From Gaiellaceae bacterium (GTDB taxonomy: Bacteria; Actinomycetota; Thermoleophilia; Gaiellales; Gaiellaceae), in assembly GCA_033857715.1 (NCBI GenBank), contig JAWVDC010000071.1:11932-75931 (forward strand): a stretch of DNA of 64,000 bases. Reading direction: 5' to 3'. The position numbers and the translations under genes were made by a program. This document shows positions 62,084-64,000 of this stretch, piece by piece. Within the stretch, counting starts at the first letter, position 1; the number at the start of each line of letters is the position of its first letter. Under the pieces are notes generated by a model. It saw only the letters and a program-made list of their open reading frames with translations. It searched no databases and was not told the DNA's origin.

Positions 62084-64000
62084 GTGTCTCCGAAGACGCT
62101 GACGGGCGCCGAGCTCGACCTCAACGACGCGCCTGCGCGCGACTCCGAGCTCTTCCTCGTGGACGGCAACAACCTCGCCTACCGCGCCTTTTTCGCGCTG
62201 CCGGAGGAGCTCGCGACGAGCGAGGGATTCCCGACCGGCGCGCTGCTCGGCTTCGCGAACATGCTCTTCAAGCTTCTCTCCGACTACAAGCCGAAGGGCG
62301 TCGCTGTCGCCTGGGATACGCGCCCCGTGCACCGCGCCGCCGAGGCTGCCGCGGCCGACGTCGTCTACAAGGAGGGCCGGAAGCCGATGCCGGATCTGCT
62401 GCGCGAGCAGTTCCCGCACTTCCGGCCGATCGTCGAGGCGTTCGGCTACCGCAACCTCGAGTTCGAGGGCTGGGAGGCGGACGACGTCATCGCGACGCTC
62501 GCGACCCGCGCCGACGCCGCGGGCGTGAAGACGTGCGTCGTCTCGACCGACCGCGACGCGTTCCAGCTCGTCTCCGAGAACGTCTGCCTGATGATGACGC
62601 CGCGCGGCGTGAGTGACGTCAACGTCTACACGCCCGAGCGCGTCGAGGCGCGGTACGGCATCACGCCGGCGCAGATCCCCGACTTCATCGGGCTCAAGGG
62701 CGACACGTCCGACAACATCCCCGGCGTTCCCGGCATCGGGGACAAGACCGCCGGCCAGCTCATCGCGCAGTACGGCGCGCTCGAGGAGGTGCTCGCGCAC
62801 GCCGACGAGATGTCGCCCGCGCGGAAGAAGAACCTCATCGAGTTCGCGGACCAGGCGCGCACCGCGAAGCAGCTCGCGACGATGCGGCGCGACCTCGACC
62901 TCGACTGCGACCCCGCCGCCCTCGTGCTCGCGCCGCCCGATCGCGGCACGCTGCGCGAGACGTTCCGCCGCTTCGAGTTCCGGGCGCTCCTCGGGCGGAT
63001 CGACGAGCTCGAGGATGCAGTGCCCGCGCGCGAGCGGATCTCCGCCGGCACTGCCGTGCGCTGGCGCGAGGGAGAGCCGCCAAGCTCAGGCGGGATCGCG
63101 GCCGACGAGGGCCGGATCGCGGTTGCCTCTGGCGACGAGGTCGTCGTCGCCGCCCGGCCGATGTACCTCGACGGCGACTACGTCGCGCACGACTCGAAAG
63201 CCCTGCAAATCGACGCAACCGACGACACGATGATCCTCGCGTACCTCATCGACCCGGGCCGCAGCGAGTACCTCCTCGACGACCTCGCCGCGGAGTACGA
63301 CGTCGAAGCGGTTCCCGAGCCCGAGGCGGAGGAGGAGACGGCGCGCCTCGTCCGCCACGCAGCCGTCACCGCGCGCCTGCGCGACCCGCTCCTCGAGCGC
63401 GTGCGCGAGCGCGGGGAGGAGCCCCTCTACCGCGACATCGAGATGCCACTCGTCCGCGTCCTCGCCGACATGGAGAAGACTGGCGTCAAGATCGACGCGT
63501 ACCGCATGGGCGAGATCACCGCGCGCCTCGCCGACCGCGTCGAGGAGCTCGAGGCGAAGACGTACGAGCTCGCGGGCGAGGAGTTCGTCATCGGCTCGCC
63601 GCAACAGCTCGGCCGCATCCTCTTCGAGAAGCTCCAGCTCACTCCCGGCCGCAAGGGCAAGACCGGCTACTCGACCGACACGAAGGTGCTGCGGTCGATC
63701 CGGTCCGACCACGCGGTCGTCCCGCTGATAGAGGAGTGGCGCGAGCTGTCGAAGCTCCTCAACACGTACCTCCAGCCGCTGCCGTCGATGATCGGCGAGG
63801 ACGGCCGCCTGCACACGACGTTCAACCAGACCGTCGCCGCGACCGGCCGCCTCTCGACGTCGAACCCGAACCTCCAGTCGATCCCGATCCGCACCGACCT
63901 CGGCAAGGAGATCCGCTCCGCCTTCGTCGCGGAGCAGGGCGCGCGGCTCATCTCTGCCGACTACTCGCAGATCGAGCTGCGGATCCTCGCGCACGTCTCG
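62084..64000 (+). CDS. polA: DNA polymerase I (5' part; runs off the window end)
   Basis: Hand translation from GTG 62084. It begins with a 5'-nuclease domain (LFLVDGNNLAYRAFFA, GWEADDVIATLA, GDTSDNIPGVPGIGDKTA). The polymerase domain follows (RLHTTFNQTVAATGRLSTSNPNLQSIP, DYSQIELRILAH). The frame is open to 64000. Confidence 0.95.
   Translation, partial: MSPKTLTGAELDLNDAPARDSELFLVDGNNLAYRAFFALPEELATSEGFPTGALLGFANMLFKLLSDYKPKGVAVAWDTRPVHRAAEAAAADVVYKEGRKPMPDLLREQFPHFRPIVEAFGYRNLEFEGWEADDVIATLATRADAAGVKTCVVSTDRDAFQLVSENVCLMMTPRGVSDVNVYTPERVEARYGITPAQIPDFIGLKGDTSDNIPGVPGIGDKTAGQLIAQYGALEEVLAHADEMSPARKKNLIEFADQARTAKQLATMRRDLDLDCDPAALVLAPPDRGTLRETFRRFEFRALLGRIDELEDAVPARERISAGTAVRWREGEPPSSGGIAADEGRIAVASGDEVVVAARPMYLDGDYVAHDSKALQIDATDDTMILAYLIDPGRSEYLLDDLAAEYDVEAVPEPEAEEETARLVRHAAVTARLRDPLLERVRERGEEPLYRDIEMPLVRVLADMEKTGVKIDAYRMGEITARLADRVEELEAKTYELAGEEFVIGSPQQLGRILFEKLQLTPGRKGKTGYSTDTKVLRSIRSDHAVVPLIEEWRELSKLLNTYLQPLPSMIGEDGRLHTTFNQTVAATGRLSTSNPNLQSIPIRTDLGKEIRSAFVAEQGARLISADYSQIELRILAHVS

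Overview
The window is 64 kb of very GC-rich (judged by eye, not counted), tightly packed bacterial chromosome. About 65 protein genes and one tRNA can be supported. All calls come from reading the six-frame track and hand-translating the DNA; no searches were run.

Many long track ORFs are Arg/Pro/Ala-rich shadow frames. Several others are real genes artificially extended upstream through a neighbour. Starts were re-picked at ATG/GTG codons that form 1-4 nt stop/start overlaps (ATGA, GTGA, TGATG), which are pervasive here.

The backbone is a conserved Firmicute/Actinobacteria-type housekeeping order:
- lysA, leuS
- comEA-comEC-holA, rpsT, murJ
- lepA-hemW-hrcA-dnaJ-prmA
- mtaB-HIT-yqeY
- phoH-ybeY-dgkA-cdd-era
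- pfkA, tRNA-Leu(CAA), polA

This suggests a high-GC Actinomycetota-like organism, which is an inference only.

Accessory content:
- An acyl-CoA ligase plus a two-gene acyl-CoA dehydrogenase block with a duplication-junction relic.
- An EamA/FMN-dehydrogenase/peptidase-E operon, a mazEF-type toxin-antitoxin pair and pnuC-nadR.
- A hydrolase-cyclase fusion.
- A roughly 10 kb insert between murJ and lepA. It carries a 1480-aa S8 protease with a beta-propeller-like region and six B-repeat-like modules, a five-gene His-Asp/HD-GYP signalling operon with two frameshifted kinases, and a decayed pseudogene.
- An MBOAT gene flanked by two paralogous DltD-like genes.
- A MacB-type ABC pair.

Most interesting signals:
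1. A candidate Leu-codon leader peptide plus intrinsic terminator directly upstream of leuS.
2. A 153-bp highly structured palindromic repeat, present twice at gene junctions, with compensatory substitutions between the copies.
3. The DltD-like/MBOAT/DltD-like triad.
4. A C8 homopolymer frameshift in a hybrid histidine kinase.

No transposase, integrase, CRISPR array, rRNA or recognisable defence system was seen. No clearly novel multi-gene system could be established from sequence alone.
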